Virus record (IMG/VR): IMGVR_UViG_3300016665_000445
Span: 1-46,341 of that record
Origin: a virus
Taxonomy: Duplodnaviria; Caudoviricetes
Length of the DNA stretch: 46,341 nt
Direction: 5' to 3' (one strand)
The position numbers and the translations under genes are program-made. Position 1 is the first letter of the stretch. Each line of letters opens with the position of its first letter. The notes below the pieces were generated by a model. That model saw nothing but the letters and a program-made list of their open reading frames with translations. It was not told where the DNA came from and did not search any database. Positions 45,314-46,341 of the stretch are shown here, piece after piece.

Positions 45314-45654
45314 ATCATGTATTCCTGTTTCACCTCTTCACACAAATAACGAAGATGCTGTTCTGTTATTTCAACAACTGTTTCTGGTTGTGTTGCTAGT
45401 TCATCATAATCATCAGGATGAACTCTAACATTATTATGACAAGTAATAAAACATTGAAGTCTAACAGGAATAGGAAGAGCAGGAAGTAAATATCGTTCTA
45501 CTGCCATCTTTAGAACTTGTTTATCCATAGCAAATTCTTGTGTTGTCCATTGAACAATGTAATTTTCATAGACAAAATCAGAAAACAAATCACCATCACA
45601 AAAACCATATTTTTCGAGAAGGGATTTTGAACTCAATATATATTTGTTGGTCAT
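45310..45654 (-). CDS. Hypothetical protein
   Basis: SLLEKYGFCDGD, HNNVR. Confidence 0.55.
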   Translation of the reverse strand: MTNKYILSSKSLLEKYGFCDGDLFSDFVYENYIVQWTTQEFAMDKQVLKMAVERYLLPALPIPVRLQCFITCHNNVRVHPDDYDELATQPETVVEITEQHLRYLCEEVKQEYMI

Positions 45655-46067
45655 AGCAAACCGTCTTCTTTCAAGATTTTGATTATTCGTTCTGCTTTTC
45701 TCATAGAATTGTGTGATGGACCACCCATGTATACCGATGGATAATCAATTGCAGATGCTATTGTACGACAAATTATCTCATCTGTCAAGTATCCATTGCC
45801 ACCACAGGAGTTGCAGATAGGACCACCCCTTTCTTTGGTAAATACAACTTCACCTGTTCCATTACATTCTTTACATGGTGGTCTGGTAACTGTAGGCTTC
45901 ATATCGGTCATGGATTTAGAGCCAAACCAATTATGGAATTGTTCATTAGCCTTTTTTGCCATATACTTTGAATATGCAGGAGGGTTTCCCATTATAATCA
46001 ATTCTTGTTCTAATAACTCATTTAGTTTTTCATTATTAGTCGTCATCTTCATCCTCCGGTTCTTCAA
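45651..46067 (-). CDS. Protein with DnaJ-type zinc finger
   Basis: CKECNGTG and CNSCGGNG. Confidence 0.6.
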   Translation of the reverse strand: MKNRRMKMTTNNEKLNELLEQELIIMGNPPAYSKYMAKKANEQFHNWFGSKSMTDMKPTVTRPPCKECNGTGEVVFTKERGGPICNSCGGNGYLTDEIICRTIASAIDYPSVYMGGPSHNSMRKAERIIKILKEDGLL

Positions 46068-46248
46068 GTAATCTGTGGAATTGGGCTACATCTTTATCAA
46101 CTTCGATCCATTTTTTCGGACCCATTCTCATCAAAACACATGCCCAGATTTTCTGACAGTTTGGACATTGAAAAACATATCCAGGCGATAAAGCTTCACG
46201 ATCCACTTCTGTTTCACACCCACAAGTACATGCCCAGACGTGTTTCAT
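46036..46248 (-). CDS. Small zinc-ribbon protein
   Basis: CTCGC...CPNC; GGAGG SD. Confidence 0.55.
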   Translation of the reverse strand: MKHVWACTCGCETEVDREALSPGYVFQCPNCQKIWACVLMRMGPKKWIEVDKDVAQFHRLLEEPEDEDDD

Positions 46249-46341
46249 TTACTTTTCCTCCAAATACTTATCGAAGGCAGCAACTATAACATTTTCATAA
46301 CCAATAGAAGCCATAATACCTAATGCTGCTTGTGCTTCTAA
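46249..46341 (-). CDS. C-terminal fragment of a hypothetical protein (runs off window)
   Basis: Open frame LEAQAALGIMASIGYENVIVAAFDKYLEEK*. Confidence 0.45.
   Translation of the reverse strand, partial: LEAQAALGIMASIGYENVIVAAFDKYLEEK

Noticed and set aside
221-46071. All plus-strand ORFs in the track (e.g. 23457-23873, 24099-24491, 27261-27638, 44173-44628)
   Set aside because: They lie antisense to well-supported minus-strand genes, lack recognisable motifs and look like shadow frames.
1-46341. Stop-codon reassignment (alternative genetic code)
   Set aside because: Core genes are full length under code 11; TAA, TAG and TGA all act as stops; no suppressor tRNA seen.

Overview
A 46.3-kb, very AT-rich segment of a large T4-like myovirus genome, with all credible genes on the minus strand. 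The likely host is an alphaproteobacterium; this is inferred from a ROSE-type leader on the small heat-shock gene, a BI-1/YccA gene, a secreted CHAP-like gene and class II nrdJ. Core genes are gp43 polymerase, UvsX, gp41 helicase, gp61 primase, RNase H, NrdJ, ThyX and PhoH. A block of probable late/virion-internal proteins sits behind (T/C)ATAAATA late promoters. The standout is a tightly coupled six-gene operon (3137-7398) encoding an apparently complete NDP-heptose pathway plus a glycosyltransferase: transaldolase, GmhA, HddA kinase, GmhB, an HxGH nucleotidyltransferase and a GT4 enzyme, with a TylF-like O-methyltransferase nearby. The heptose acceptor (DNA, virion protein or host surface) cannot be determined from sequence. 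Other notable items: a modular late polyprotein with a HicA-like domain between putative prohead-protease sites; three atypical tRNA or tRNA-like genes; a late-promoter-driven orphan structured RNA; a pseudoknot-like leader; an RBS-sequestering hairpin in front of a GIY-YIG gene; and several small ORFs missed by the ORF track. All calls come from motif reading by eye; no searches were run.
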